From the human T2T-CHM13v2.0 reference genome, Homo sapiens: a stretch of 64,000 bases of DNA. Under the pieces are notes generated by a model, which was not told the origin of the DNA, ran no database searches, and worked only from the letters and a program-made list of their open reading frames with translations. Positions 27,689 through 42,486 of this stretch are shown here, piece after piece. The stretch lies in assembly GCF_009914755.1 (NCBI RefSeq), contig NC_060937.1. One strand, written 5' to 3'. Numbering within the stretch: the first letter of the stretch is position 1; each line of letters starts with the position of its first letter. The position numbers were made by a program, and so were the translations under genes.

Positions 27689-28217
27689 TTTAAAATTCTC
27701 TACTCACCCCACATTTCACAAACGTCATTCACAAACACACACACACATTTTTGTGTACATAAATAGTCAGATAGTTTTCTTGTAAACACAAAAGGATAAA
27801 CTTTCTAGCAAAGTGATGGCTTGTATTGGTTCACATTTAAGATGCTTATATTAGATAAATAAGTGTTTCATCTGGTAGCTGGTTGAGCCATTTCACTTGC
27901 CTACTTAGAATATTAATATTGCTCTCTTTTTCCAACAAAAATGATGACTGTTTCTTACATGAGGTACATTTCCTCCACCTCTTCTCTGCAGTCCCTAAAT
28001 TTAAGTGACGTTAATTACTGGACAGATCATTAATCATTATCTATGGATACTAGCAAACAGGTAAATCATGGAATCCTGAAACTTTAAAAGTCATCCATTA
28101 ACTCCATGTAAGTTGATGGCCAAATTCTTCTCATATAATATATTCTCAAATAATATTTATTAAAATCTGCATATAAGGTGGATCTTCTTTCTACCTGCTC
28201 AATTTATTTTCAGGGGA

Positions 28218-28255
28218 CGCATGCACGCACGCACACACACACACACACACACACA
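28218..28255. repeat. (GCAC)n/(CA)n alternating purine-pyrimidine tract
   Basis: Read directly from the sequence. Confidence 0.9.
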
Positions 28256-28874
28256 GAGTGAGAGAGAATATAAATAGTTAAATTGTAGTTATATAAAAAA
28301 AGATTTTAAACTTTTTCACAAATGAAATATTCCATTCTTAAGCAGAGTAATTGTCTTACTTTATTCAAAGCAAAATGAAGTTAAAGCATGATGCTTTAAT
28401 ATTCTAGATTTATATTGCAGATAAATTGTCATGCCAAATCTTTCCAAGATTAGGGCTATCCTTTTTACCAGTGTGAGATAATACAATGCAAAATATGTGG
28501 TATTGTATTTCAGAGAAAATCTTGCTATAAACTACACAGGATCACTGAGGGTGAGGATATTTTCTCTAAATAAACATGTTTATGCCTTCCATATGAGATA
28601 AAATCACACATCTGTGAGTTAGCTTGCACTATTCATGGGGTAATCCTGCCTCAAAACATCATCTTACAAGTTTGACTTTCTACTTGGAATGCTTATTAGA
28701 GTCACTTTTTTGTGTGCTAAAACTCTAGAAAGCTCCTCTTTAAATGCAAATATGTGACCCAGGAGAATACATTCATGAATTCATTGTACTTTCATGAGGA
28801 ACACTACACCAAAGGATGAAAATGCCATCTAGGTGCCAGAGAGGAAAATCGTGTCAGTAGTGTGGCAGGTAGCA

Positions 28875-28985
28875 TACTATTTAATTCGTTTATTAACACA
28901 ACTCTGTGGGTTAATATTCCCATCATACAGATGAAAAAAATGTAAGATTAAATAATTTGCCTAAGATCACACAGCTAGTAAGCAT
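28875..28985 (-). mobile_element. MIR fragment
   Basis: cccatcatacagatgaaaaaaatgtaagattaaataatttgcctaagatcacacagctagtaag. Confidence 0.7.
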
Positions 28986-29514
28986 GATTTATTTTTCTTT
29001 TATGTCTCTGTGCATTGAGTGCTATTCTATAAAACTATTGATATGGCTAAAAAAAAATTTGTTGTTGTAAAATCATATTGCCATACTAGTATCTTCTGAT
29101 GAAAGTTCACCCAGCTGAGAGTGGTACACTTGGCTCAAGTAGCCTCATATTTGATACTGTACTCCTGTCATGGTTGCCAAAGAACCTACTCCTCATGATG
29201 TTTTCTTGTTTTAGAGTATGAGGAGGTGGAGGTACAGAGTGAAAGGTTACTGGGAGGTAAGAGTCACATAAGTTTACCTGAGAACTGCAAAGTGCGCGTG
29301 GGAGGCTAATGGAGAACCCAAGTTCACTGGTGATATTATGTTGTAAGAAGTAGAAAGCCAGGCGGTGGGAGCTCAAAATCATCAAGGCAATGTGCTGCTT
29401 CTCTTGCTTCTAAAGAGAGTATTTACAGAAACAAGAGGGGTTTACAGAGAAAGTCTATGTAATAACAATTTTTCACGTCCATGGCTGTGGCAATTTTTTG
29501 ATAATTTGTGTTAA

Positions 29515-29910
29515 AAAGAAATTTGAGTTTCTCAAAAAGAGAAGGCTGAGAAGATGACTTAATTACTATCTTCAAGTATATGAGGGATTGTTACAGCATT
29601 TGGAAGATGACAACCAGCTGTTCTGTGTCTCCAAAGAGGAAAACAAGAGAAAATGAATTTGCAAAGTGGCAAGAGCTTAGACTGAAGACAAGAACATGAT
29701 TATTATATAATTTTCTTAACCATGAGGACTATTCAATGGTGAAAGTGGCAACTTCTAGGGGAGAGGGGTGTGGACTTTTCTAAACTGATGTTTGGGGTGA
29801 ACATCACTTAGTACCCTCCCTCCCTCTGAGCCAGAGATATACAATATTGAGAACAAAATTACTGGGGCACATCTGAGATGTCTTTGACACTGCCTGATCT
29901 TTATGATTTT
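29515..29910 (+). mobile_element. L3/CR1 LINE 3' fragment
   Basis: aagagaaggctgagaagatgacttaattactatcttcaagtatatgaggg...ccagctgttctgtgtctcc...acaagagaaaatg resembles the CR1 ORF2 C-terminus/3' end. Confidence 0.65.
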
Positions 29911-32640
29911 TTTTCAGAGCCTCTTTAACACTAAGAAGTCTTTTTTAAAAAATAATTCCAGGTAAAATTAGTTTTTCCAAACCCGATGATGACATTGATA
30001 GCAGAATATTTACCTTTTTCTCCACTGTGACTCAATTTTGAACATTCATGGTCACAAAAGAATGCCGCAGGAGTCTTTAAAGTGTTGGTGAAACTCCAGG
30101 CATGTTTATCTTGCTACGTGGTCATCACTATACATATTTCATCAGTGAGATGGAGTTTATATGTGGATAAATAAATTTCTTATTATAATAGGTCTCTTTT
30201 TGTTTCACTAGGATTCTCTATGGTTTTAGCATAAGATTTTCTTTGCAAGTTGAAACTCACAGAAAGAAAAAGATTCTATCTAGAGAGGAAAAGATTCTGG
30301 AAGATGTTTGATCACTTTGGAAGGGACGGTGTGTGTGTGTGTATTCTTAAGTTCTAACTGATAAACTGATGAAGCTGATGCAAAATCACCTAGGAGACTC
30401 CACAAAGGTGGGGAATAACTTTGGCACTCCTGTCAAGGAACCAACATGAATCTTTTTAAAAGAATTTGAAACAGTGTTGGAATAAAACATATAATTTTTT
30501 GTTATCTTAAATTCACATTTTCTTGATACTTTTTATATATTTTCCTTTTTTCTGTTTTAATAAAAATATAACTACAATATACTATTTCATAAATATAACT
30601 GAATGAATAAGTACATATTTTAAATAACATAATACAATCATGGGTAAACTTTCTCGATCACCTTTGGTTAAAAGATTAATTTCCAGTAGTAGATTAAGTT
30701 CTTGAAACCCTGAACAATGGTAGGGATGTAATTCCTACAGAGTGGCCCTTGTGACTTATCAACTTTTTATTTATCATCTTCATTTTTGTTGTGCTTTAAA
30801 AAATGAGATATCATTGTTCTTCATTGTTGTCTTTACCTGTATTTCAATGTATATGAAGTGGAGGATTAGCATAGTTTAATAAATACAATGATGTTACTTC
30901 TTTGGCAAGAAAACCCATATTTCTCTTGATACTACAAAATAGCCCTCCATGTACTTTTTTATACCAGTATGAGTTGTTTACCTGTCAGCTGATAGCAAAT
31001 AGATTTCTTGTTAATGGCTGGTTTATAACTGAATGCGGCTAGCTAATCATTAAAACCCAAGAGATCAGAAAGAACAATTTCTTAGGCTCATGGCACCTTG
31101 GTCTGGAGTTTTTAAAAAAGCTCCAGGTATGTATATATTTTTTCATGTAAATTTGCTCCTAGAGTAGAAAGGTAGTCTGCCACTGATGTGTTGTTCATTA
31201 TACATATTTCGTAAAAAGAAGTCCCTTTTTTGTAGAATTTCCATTTTAAGATAGCTAATAGAGACATCAATTCTATGGAACGTACTGAAAACAAGAGGAA
31301 TCTCTACAATGTTTTAAAATTTAACTAGAAATACCTACACTAGAGTGTGTGTAGATAGATACCATCTATCTTAGCACAGAAACTCAATAAACAGAGTACT
31401 TGACATTGCCAACACTTCCTACCACCCTTTCCTAGCAAATTTGAATTTTTTTCCAAGACAGTATTTTAAATAATTACTCCTCAATTTCTAACAAACTATT
31501 TCCTCTCTCCTTATGACATACTTAAAGAGAAAATCAAGGCAATAGAAAGGAAACCTCATCTTTCCATTCAGGTCCAATGGGAGAACAGAGGAGGCAGGTT
31601 GAGGGGATACCCTCTCTGAAAGACACTGGGAAGACGACCAGAGACAGAGCCTTTATTTCAGTTTGCGGAGTTGGCAGGCTTCTGCTGTCCCCCATTGTCT
31701 TGGTTCATACAGAAAACTCTTATTTGGGAAACTGAAACATATCAATAGCCCTTTTTAGAAACTGTATCCTGGCTTGCAAACACCTGAATCTGACTCTCTT
31801 TCCTAGTATGCAAATTCCACATTTGGTGTGTACAAGGTTAGAGTTAATATCATATTAGGTATTCTTAAATACATAGGTATGTACAATCAAACACAAATAT
31901 GCATACATAGACATATATGAATATACTTCATAGAGATTTAGAATTTCTAAGGGCATTGGGTTATGTTTGAAGGACCTAATAAGAAAATTTCTCCTGATCC
32001 AGTCAATAAAGCAATGAGTTATCCTGAACCTTTCCTGATTGCTAGGCAGAATAATCCTTTAAAACTTTTTTGCCCTTTAACTTTATAAAATGCCTGACAT
32101 TTAACAACATTAGCTGATGGCAGAAAATGAGTGCTGCTCCGTGTGCTCTATCCTGGAACATGATGCAAGACATAAAAAGAAATCTGGACGGAAATGTTGC
32201 CATTTGTTTGGAAGTTACTGTTTAATCTGAGTTATTTTGGGGAAGAAAATGACTCGTAGAAGCTAAGTGTTCATACAGATTGTGATTTTGTAGGAGGTTG
32301 GCATGGCTCTTTATTAATCTTATTTCAATTAGAACTCTTCACAACCTGCAATTAGAATGTTGCTGCTGTGATGAATCCATACTGTACATGTATCTGCGAC
32401 TGTTTTCTAATGAAGAAAAACAGGCCACTTGGCATTTTAAAGACAAATTTTCATTTTGGGTAATTCGATAAATGCTTGTGCTGTGCCTACGCTCTCTACA
32501 CCCCTTGAATTGTCCCTCAAAGCTAGAGAAGAGTTTTCGATTAATCCTAATCATGTCAAACATAACTCTTTCACATCTTTTAAAATGTGTTTTAGCTGTG
32601 ATGGAACACCTCCATAATAACTTGATATTTGCACATAGTT

Positions 32641-32847
32641 TAGGGCTCTGCAAACTTTTTCTTAAAGAGCTAGATATTAAATATTTAGGCTTGCAGGACA
32701 TATGGTCTCTGTTACAACTACTCAGTTCTGCCATGGTAGCTCAAATGCAGCCATACACAACTTACAGACAACTGAGTATATGTATTTTTCAATAACTCTT
32801 CATTAAAAAAATAGCTGGCTTATGAGACATAGTTTTCTGACCCCCTC
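32641..32847 (+). mobile_element. MER58A hAT-Charlie MITE
   Basis: agggctctgcaaactttttcttaaagagctagata...catatggtctctgttacaactactcagttctgcc...catagttttctgacccc. Confidence 0.85.
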
Positions 32848-33649
32848 ATTTAACTATTCGCTGGAGCATGGGGATGTGGAAAACATGTTATCACTTTCAA
32901 ATATTCTACCTAAATTATTTATGTTCTTTAGTCAAATTTATCTTATAGGTCACTTTAAATGCTGCTATTTTCTGGTGTCTCTGGAGAATTATGCATGGAT
33001 TTGTATCTTAATACATATATTCTTTTATCCCTGCTTCACACTGGCACAATGAGCCCAACTGGGCATATTGTTTTTCTCCTTCCTCTCTCATAATTTTAAT
33101 AATCAGAGTATGACTTTTCTGAGGTATTAAAAATGTCACGATATAACAACATGAGCATTGCTCCCTCTTCTAATAATGCCCTACTAGCGTGATAGCCAGT
33201 ATCCCACATTTGATGGCACGCTCATCCAGATATTCAAATGATCAGCTAATACTTACTATGCCAAGCACCTTGATAGATACCATATAAGATAATGCATGTC
33301 TTGGTCCTAGAAGAGACACATAGAAATAGACTCTCAAGGAAAGCAAATGCCAGAGACTATGCACTCCAGTTTCTCATCTCAGAATTGCAATCTTTTTGAG
33401 AAAGCTAGATTTGCAGTTGGTGAATGGTTAGTAAACAATATCAAGCTTTGTAAACAAGTATTGCTTATTGAAGTGTAGCTGCTAAGTACTATAACAATGC
33501 AAAAAAACATTAGGGGGATGCCAGGCAGGATGCACATGTAGTAGGAGAGGAATCAAATGTCTTTGAGACTCAGAGAATGTGGGCATAACAATGGCAATTT
33601 GTTCTTTTGGAGTTTCAATAGAGCTTGACTATAGGGTGATGCATCTACC

Positions 33650-33900
33650 ACCATTCATTCATTTACTCACTCATCCAACAGTTCATTCAAGGACTTCTCC
33701 CTTTTCATTAATCATTTATGATGCACCAGGCATGGCACTATGTTGAAACAAGAGAGCACTAGAACAGACGCTCACAAGGGAAGATGTATGTTTGGTGTTA
33801 AGGAAGACAAAAGAAGGGAAGCTGGATAGAGTCTGCAGAAGTCAAGAAAGATTTACCAGAGGTAGCATTTAACTTGAGTCTTGCCAATAATGCAAAGAGA
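33650..33900 (-). mobile_element. L2 3'-end fragment
   Basis: (cattcatt)n-like tail followed by atttatgatgcaccaggcatggcacta and aacttgagtcttg. Confidence 0.45.
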
Positions 33901-33946
33901 GATCATAAGAAATAGTCTAGAGAAGACAAGAAAAGCAGTGGCAAAA

Positions 33947-34312
33947 TGTATTAGTCTGTTCTCATTTTGCTGAAAGAGACATACCTGAGACTGGACAATT
34001 TATAAAGAAAAAGACGTTTAATGGATTCACAGTTTCACATGGCTGGGGAGACCTCACAATCATGGTGGAAGATGAAGGAGGAGCAAAGGCACATCTTACA
34101 GGGTGGCAGGCAAGAGAGTGTGTGGCAGGGGAAGTGCCCTTTATAAAACCATCAGATCTTGTGAGACTTACTCACTATCACAAGAACATCATGGGAAAAG
34201 ACCCACCCCATGATCCAATTATTTCCCACTGAGTCCCTCCCATGACACGTGGGGATTATGGGAGCTATGTTTCAAGATGAGATTTGGGTAGGGGCACAGC
34301 CAAACCATATCA
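33947..34312 (-). mobile_element. THE1 solo LTR (THE1C-like)
   Basis: tgtattagtctgttctca ... caagatgagatttgggtaggggcacagccaaaccatatca. Confidence 0.93.
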
Positions 34313-34489
34313 TAAAGTAAGCCTGTTCTTACCCAAACTGTATTTGGGCTTACCTTGTGATATGGTTTGTCTGTGTCCCTGGGTATTTTACATGATGATG
34401 TAGTAGAATAAACAATGGACTAGAATTTATAAAGCTTTATAAACATAAATTTAATATTAGCTCTAACCATAAACTTGGCTAGAGACAAT

Positions 34490-35105
34490 AAGGGTGTTAG
34501 AGTGAACATTAATTTCAGAATGAGATAGATTCAGAGATATATTATGATTTTATCACTTACTTAAAATGTCACCTCAGGGAAGTTGTCAAAACTCTGAGTG
34601 TCAATTTCTTTATTTTGTAAAAAGAGATTAATAATAACTATGTCACCTAGGCTGTTTTTAGGTATGAATAACCACACAATAGCTTCAAGATGGCACTTCG
34701 ATGACTTCAAGATGGCATGCATCCAGACATAACAATGTCAAGAGGAAGAAGAGAAATGATAATTTCATGTGGCTTGCTTTACAGTGAAGACAATTTCTCA
34801 AGAGCATCTCATTAGATTTTCCCTTACATCTCATTGGTCAGATTTGACAACTTGACCATTCCTGAATGGATCATTTTCAAGGAGAATCAAGTAGAACTTG
34901 AGCCACCAGTGGAGCTGAAGATTAGGGCAGGATTTCCTGAGGCACCTGGCTCAGTGGGAAAGGGCTGGGAACTTACACAAAAACAAAATTCTGGTAGAAA
35001 AGAATGAGAAACAGAATCAATAGTGTTATTATTAGGATTAAAATGGATCATGTTGAAAAGAGCATTAAACAGCCCTTGGCACAGATAAGGTTCTTAATAA
35101 ATGAT
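34490..35105 (+). mobile_element. MIR split by an old MLT1-type LTR fragment (~34675-35015)
   Basis: MIR core at 34550-34670 and MIR 3' end at 35020-35105 (aggattaaaatggatcatg...cttggcacagataaggttcttaataaatg). The insert has MLT1-like caagatggc and catctcattggtcaga. Confidence 0.55.
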
Positions 35106-35264
35106 AACTAAAACTATTATTAATCTTAATTCTTGCAGATTCAATTTTCTTAACTGCAAAATGTTCTCTAATTTTTCTTCCAGCATTAATATTATATGCT
35201 GATTTTACTCATTCATATTCTTATGTGTGCCAATTTTATTCATTCATATTTTTATATATGATCT

Positions 35265-36700
<1,436 letters not shown>

Positions 36701-36731
36701 GGAATTCATTTTTTCTATAAAAATATCTTTT

Positions 36732-37940
36732 TTTCCATTTAATTTTTTTAAAAATTTTTTATTGCCATAGGTTCTTGGGGAACACATGGTATTTTATTAC
36801 ATGAGTAAGTTCTTTAGTGGTGATTTGTGAGATTTTGGTGCACCCATCACCCGAGCAGTATACATTGCACCCAGTTTGTAGTCTTTTATCCCTAACCCCC
36901 TCCCATGCTTTCCCCTTAGTTCCCAAAGTCCATTGTATCACTCTTATGCTGTTGCATCCTCATAGCTTAGCTCACATTTATGAGTGAAAAACTTACGTTT
37001 GGTTTTCCTTTCCTGTGTTACTTCACTTAGAATAATAGTCTCCAGTTCCATACAGGTTGCTGTGAGTGCCATTAATTCATTTCTTTTTATGGCTGAGCAG
37101 TATTCCATATATCACAATTTCTTTAGCCACTTTTTGATTGATGAACATTTGGGATGGTTCCATGTTTTTGCAATTGCAAATTGTGCTGCTATAAACATGT
37201 GTGTGCAAGTATCTTTTTTGTATAATGACTTCTTTTCTGCTGGGTAGATACCCAGTAGTGGGATTGCTGGATCAAATGGTAGTTCTACCTTTAGTTCTTT
37301 ACAGAATCTCCACACTGTTTTCTGTAGTGGTTGTACTAGTTTACATTCCCACCAGCAGTGTAGAAGTGTTCCCGTTTTATCACGTCTATGCTAACATCTA
37401 TTCTTTTTTCATTTTTTGATTATGGTCATTTTTGCAGGGGTAAGTGCTATCACATTGTGGTTTTGATTTGCATTTCCCTGATCATTAGTGATGTTGAGCA
37501 CTTCTTCACATATTTGTTGGTCATTTGTATATTTTCTTTTAAGAATTGTCTATTCATGTCCTTAGCCCACTTTTTGATGGGATTATTTGCTTTTTCTTGC
37601 TAATTTTTTAAAACTCCTTGTAGATTCTGGATATTAGTCTTTTGTCAGATGTATAGATTGTGAAGATATTCTCCCACTTTGTGGGTTGTCTGTTTACTCT
37701 GCTGACTGTTCAATTGCTGTGCAGAAACCCTTTAGTTTAATTAAGTCCCACCTATTCATCCCTGTTTTTGTTGCATTTGCTTTTGGGTTCTTGGTCATGA
37801 AGTCTTTGTCGAAGCCAATGTCTAGAAAAGTTTTTCTGATGTTATCTTCTAGAATTTTTATAGTTTCAGAACTTAGATTTAAGTTCTTCATCCATCTTGA
37901 GTTGATTTTTTTAGAAGGTGAGAGATGAGGATACAGTTCC
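36732..37940 (-). mobile_element. 5'-truncated L1PB (L1PB1-like)
   Basis: 3'UTR ttacatgagtaagttctttagtggtgatttgtgagattttggtgcacccatcacccgagcag. ORF2 C-terminal remnants ([15 protein letters not shown]). 13-bp TSD aaaaatatctttt at 36719-36731 and 37941-37953. Confidence 0.92.
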
Positions 37941-38934
37941 AAAAATATCTTTTGATTTAGGATTTTATATGTAGATTTATACATGTGTACACAAATATAA
38001 CTTGCCATAAATAACTGTAATTATATACATGCATTTTTAAAAGATGTATTTTTTCTTCTTTCCTGCTCCCTACACAAATATACTCCTATATGAACCACAT
38101 AATCTATTTGTCTATCTACCGACCTACCAACTTATGTACCTAACTACCTATCTATCTAATAATCTATTTATCCTTGAATAGCTTTCTTGAGTCTTTGTAG
38201 TTAAATGATATCTAGGTTTGACAGAGGATCCTTGAGTTGCAATGTCTTCTTTCTCAATTCATACCTGCTCTTCTACTTTTTTCTAAGTTCCAGTATTGTA
38301 GGGGAACAACATGATGCAATTGTGATATTTTCTTCCATTTCTCCCATTTTTTGCTTTTATACTTTCTTTTTTTGACATTTGTTTTCCCTTTTCTTCATTA
38401 GTGATGTGGAAGGCATGCACCCTCTTTTTCTTCTGTTTATTACCTTTAAGTAAAAAAAAAAAACTTTTCTGAATCTGTTTATCTTATTATAGAGTGGAGT
38501 TGCTATTTAATCTATTCGATATAAGATGAGAACTACTTATGCTTTCTTCCTTCTCTTTTTACCCTAATTTTTACCTACTTATTGTTTAGTAGGTAAATGT
38601 GTTTACTTTTTCTTACCTTCACGATTGTTTTGGATTTTTAATCTTTATGATAATAAGTTTACCAAGGTAGATCTAGAAATAAGTATTCTGTCTTGAATTC
38701 TGCTAGGAAAGTTCCTTTTAAATTTGCAAACTCAATTTTTACTTTTACTGGTAGATAGTTTTTCTTGTGTTATTTACATTTTCATTGCATCTTGCTTTTA
38801 TTTTGAAATTCTTTCTAAATGTATACTGGATCTGTCCTCGAAGCCTCTTACCTTTCTTTGCATCGTTTTCATTGTTGTCATTTTTACCTCAGCTCTTTCA
38901 AGGTAATTTTTGTACTTATTTTTATTTCCTGATT

Positions 38935-38985
38935 TGTGTGTGTGTGTGTGTGTGTGTGTGCATGTGTACAAGCGTGTGTGTGTAT
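38935..38985. repeat. (TG)n microsatellite, interrupted
   Basis: Read directly from the sequence. Confidence 0.9.
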
Positions 38986-40466
38986 ACCTGTTTTGTAGAG
39001 TGGGTGGTATGGAAATACCTTCATTGTATAGACAGCTTTAGATCACTCTATCCCTCATGTAAGCTTCAGTGGGAACTTTCTCACTCCTTTGTATGTAGTA
39101 GTTCATATTTTAATTGTACCCAATAACACTTCTTGGTTGATGACCCAGTGTGTATTAACCTAATAATATTGTTAAATAATTTTCCTTGGTCTTTAAATAC
39201 TCTTCTATCCTAAATTATTCCCAAGATATAGCACATCAACTACAATAAAAAGAGATTTAACTGCAAGGGAAAATTCTCAAAAGCCTATAGCATCAGTTTT
39301 CATATTATTCACATTTCCTTCTTGGCGGTCAGCACATCGGCTTCAGTTGTGAATCATTCTACGTGAATATTAAAATACTTATGTTCATTTTTATTCTAAG
39401 TGCTTTAATGTCACTGAATTTTATGATCAAAACATGTTCTGTGGGGTGGGACATGTTCCTTATCTCTTTTAATAGAGGAACAGAATATTCTTGAGAGGTT
39501 GGATGACTAACATAAAGTCATACATCAATCAAACAAGGTGTTCCATTTTGAACTAAGCTTTCCTGACAGTACTGCTTGTGGTTCATGCTGCATTTTAATG
39601 TAGCTCTTAAATATGTATGAAATAATTCTTAGCTTGCCATGCTGGGTTGCTTGTCTAGAGTCTCCATTCATTCAATCTTTTGCATGCCTGATGTCCTATC
39701 ATTTCCTCTCTAAGTTGCAGCTTAAAATTATCAGTAAAAATTCATTGTGCATATTGAACCAAATACATAATCAGATTTGAATAAATATCCTAACTATTAG
39801 AATCAAACTTTCTTCTTTTCATGTCAGTAACATTTGGCAACATTTAGTCTTTGGGATATTGGATCACTAGTTTGTTGTTTGCTTTGAATATTTGCTCCCA
39901 CACATTGTACTGTGAATACTTTCTTACTATTTACTTGTGACTAAAGTGATGAAGAGAATAATTGATTTGTATTTTTAGAATTTTAATGGACAAATGATAT
40001 TTCTACACATTATAAAGCCATTTTCTATTGTGAACCAATAATTTTAGTGCTAACTGCCACAGATAAATTTACTTGAGAACATGTTATAATCTTACAGAAA
40101 ATCTGCATGCCACTCATCTTGGTAATGATATGTACATATCACTAATTCCTATAACCACTGACATTTTTCCATGCTATTATCTATTAGTAGTATATTTAAG
40201 AAATGACATAGTGAATGAAAGAGTCCATAAATTAAAGACACGAAGCCCATAAGACATCTACTTGATACATCATCCAGAATAACAACACCAACATACAAAA
40301 AACAGCCTATTGAACCATAAAGTATGGCTGTAGATTGTACTGATTGAATTTCAGCAAAAAAGAGATAGTAACCTAAAAAAATCATCTCTAAGTTGTTAGG
40401 TTCTATCATCAGGAGAATGAATAACTAAAATGTGATAGATATTTACTATGGACTACTATGCAATGA

Positions 40467-40968
40467 TTACTATAAAGGCACATGCACATGTATGTTTATT
40501 GCAGCACTAGTATATATAGCAAAGACTTGAAACCAACCCAAATGCCCATCAATGAAAGACTGGATAAAGAAAATATGGCACATATACACCATGGAATACT
40601 ATGTAGCCATAAAAAAGAATGAGTTCCTGTCCTTTGCAGGGACATGGATGAAGCTGGGAACCATCATCCTCAGCAAACTGACACAGGAACAGAAAACCAA
40701 ACACTGCATGTTCTCACTTATAAGTGGGAGTTGAACAATGAGAACACATGGACATAGGGAGGGGAACATCACACATCGGACCCTGTCTGGGGATACGGTG
40801 AAAGGGGAGGGAGAGCATTAGCACAAATACCTAATGCATGTGGGGCTTAAAACCTAGATGATGGGTTGATAGGTGCAGCAAACCACCATGGCACGTGTAT
40901 ACGTATGTAACAAACCTGCACTTTCTGCATATGTGTCCCAGAACTTAAAGTAAAAATAAAAAAAAAAA
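40467..40968 (+). mobile_element. 5'-truncated L1PA7/8-like, inserted into an older L1M fragment (~40340-41250)
   Basis: ORF 40552-40734 is the ORF2 C-terminus ([15 protein letters not shown]...). 3'UTR aaacctagatgatgggttgataggtgcagcaaaccaccatggcac, followed by poly-A. Confidence 0.92.
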
Positions 40969-41730
40969 GAACCAATGAACTGGCTGTGTGTGCAACACCA
41001 TGCTCAATTCTTAAAATGTAGATTCTAGGAAGAGGAGTAAGAACTAGAACTATATGAATACCACTTAGGTAAATTAAAAACAAATTGATGCACACTTACA
41101 AACAGACATACAATGTGCGAAGGAAATTTACATATCAAAAGTCACACATTGGTCACATTTGAATGGATTTTTCTGTGGAATAGGGGAAATTGAATGGGGG
41201 TCAAAGATGAAGGAAAAAATGAAAGAAAAATTTTTAAAATTACTTAGAGCCTTATACGGACTAAGGATGACAGCATGCCAATAGTTGAGGATTATGAGGA
41301 TTATAATTAACTCAACTCTCTTTACCAGTAGGGTAAATCTGTATAACAATGTTGCCCTTCTGGAAAGACTACTGAATTGAGAGTCAGAACACTTGCCTCT
41401 CATATTTTCTCTGCCATATTTGCCATGCTTATTGCCTGGCAGTACAAATTTGACTAAGCCATATCAATTTTTGGACCAGAATTTCCTCTCTCCAAGTGCA
41501 GGTATTTGATAGTATGCTCCGCAAAGCATCTTCTGGCTTTAAACGTTGATATGAACATGTTAATTTATTTATACATACAGCAAGAGTTACACACATATGT
41601 ATGATTACTAGAAGCAATATAGTTAATATTTATTTTTAAAAAAAGGCTGGATAGAAGCTCTTTTCTCTTTTGTCAATATTAGGCAAAGAGACTTCCTATC
41701 CTGCGTAGGACGAAACCCCTGCAGATATGG

Positions 41731-41793
41731 TTTGGGTGCATATACTCCTCATTTTTGGGGTGCATATATCCCCATTTTTTGGGTGCATGTACT
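41731..41793. repeat. ~24-bp minisatellite, ~2.7 copies
   Basis: tttgggtgcatatactcctcatt / tttggggtgcatatatccccattt / tttgggtgcatgtact. Confidence 0.9.
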
Positions 41794-42486
41794 TTGATGG
41801 TACTCTTGTGAAAACAGTAGAATATGTGTTGTTGAGGTAAGTTATGGCTATGTCCAAGGATCAGGCATTTTCCATCCTAGGCATTCTAACCCAGAGGTTG
41901 GATTAGAACTTCAGGAATTGTTCACTATTGCAAATAAGCTGTCAGAACAGATTTGCCTTCTGGATGCACTCCTTATGCCTCGCTGTTCCCTGCTTTGTCA
42001 TTCATCTCTGATATCAGAATCTGGCTTTCTTATCTGCCTGACTTTTTGGTTTGTTGCTATTACCTTTGTATAGTTCTGGCATGGATGGAATGCTTCTTAG
42101 GCATATTTGGTGGTGGTTGATTGCAGCTGCTACTCCCTAAAAGCTTCTATAAAGGAAAGAACTGAATCTGCATCTACTGCTCTGTGATTCTTCACTGCCC
42201 TATATCCCTTTGCTTCCACCACACCACCCCAGTTCATTTTGGCATTCTGGTCTCTGTTGGGTTAAGAGATATAGAATAGGTACTTGGTAACATTGATGAA
42301 ACTGTCTCACTGTCGTTCAAATTTTGGATTGGACTAAGTTATATCAATAATTCCCATTTGTCACATTCCAGGAACACCAATGTGCTTCCACTTTCTTGGT
42401 GGAAGAAAAACATGTTAGATATATGACTGGTACTACTTTCTTTATATAAGTCTTTTCAAGATAAGATTTTCTCATACTCATATTTT

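Noticed and set aside
41685-41725. Hammerhead-ribozyme-like motif (tccta...tagga-cgaaac)
   Set aside because: A stem followed by CGAAAC is present, but the required upstream CUGANGA box is absent (caaagaga) and I find no stems I/III.
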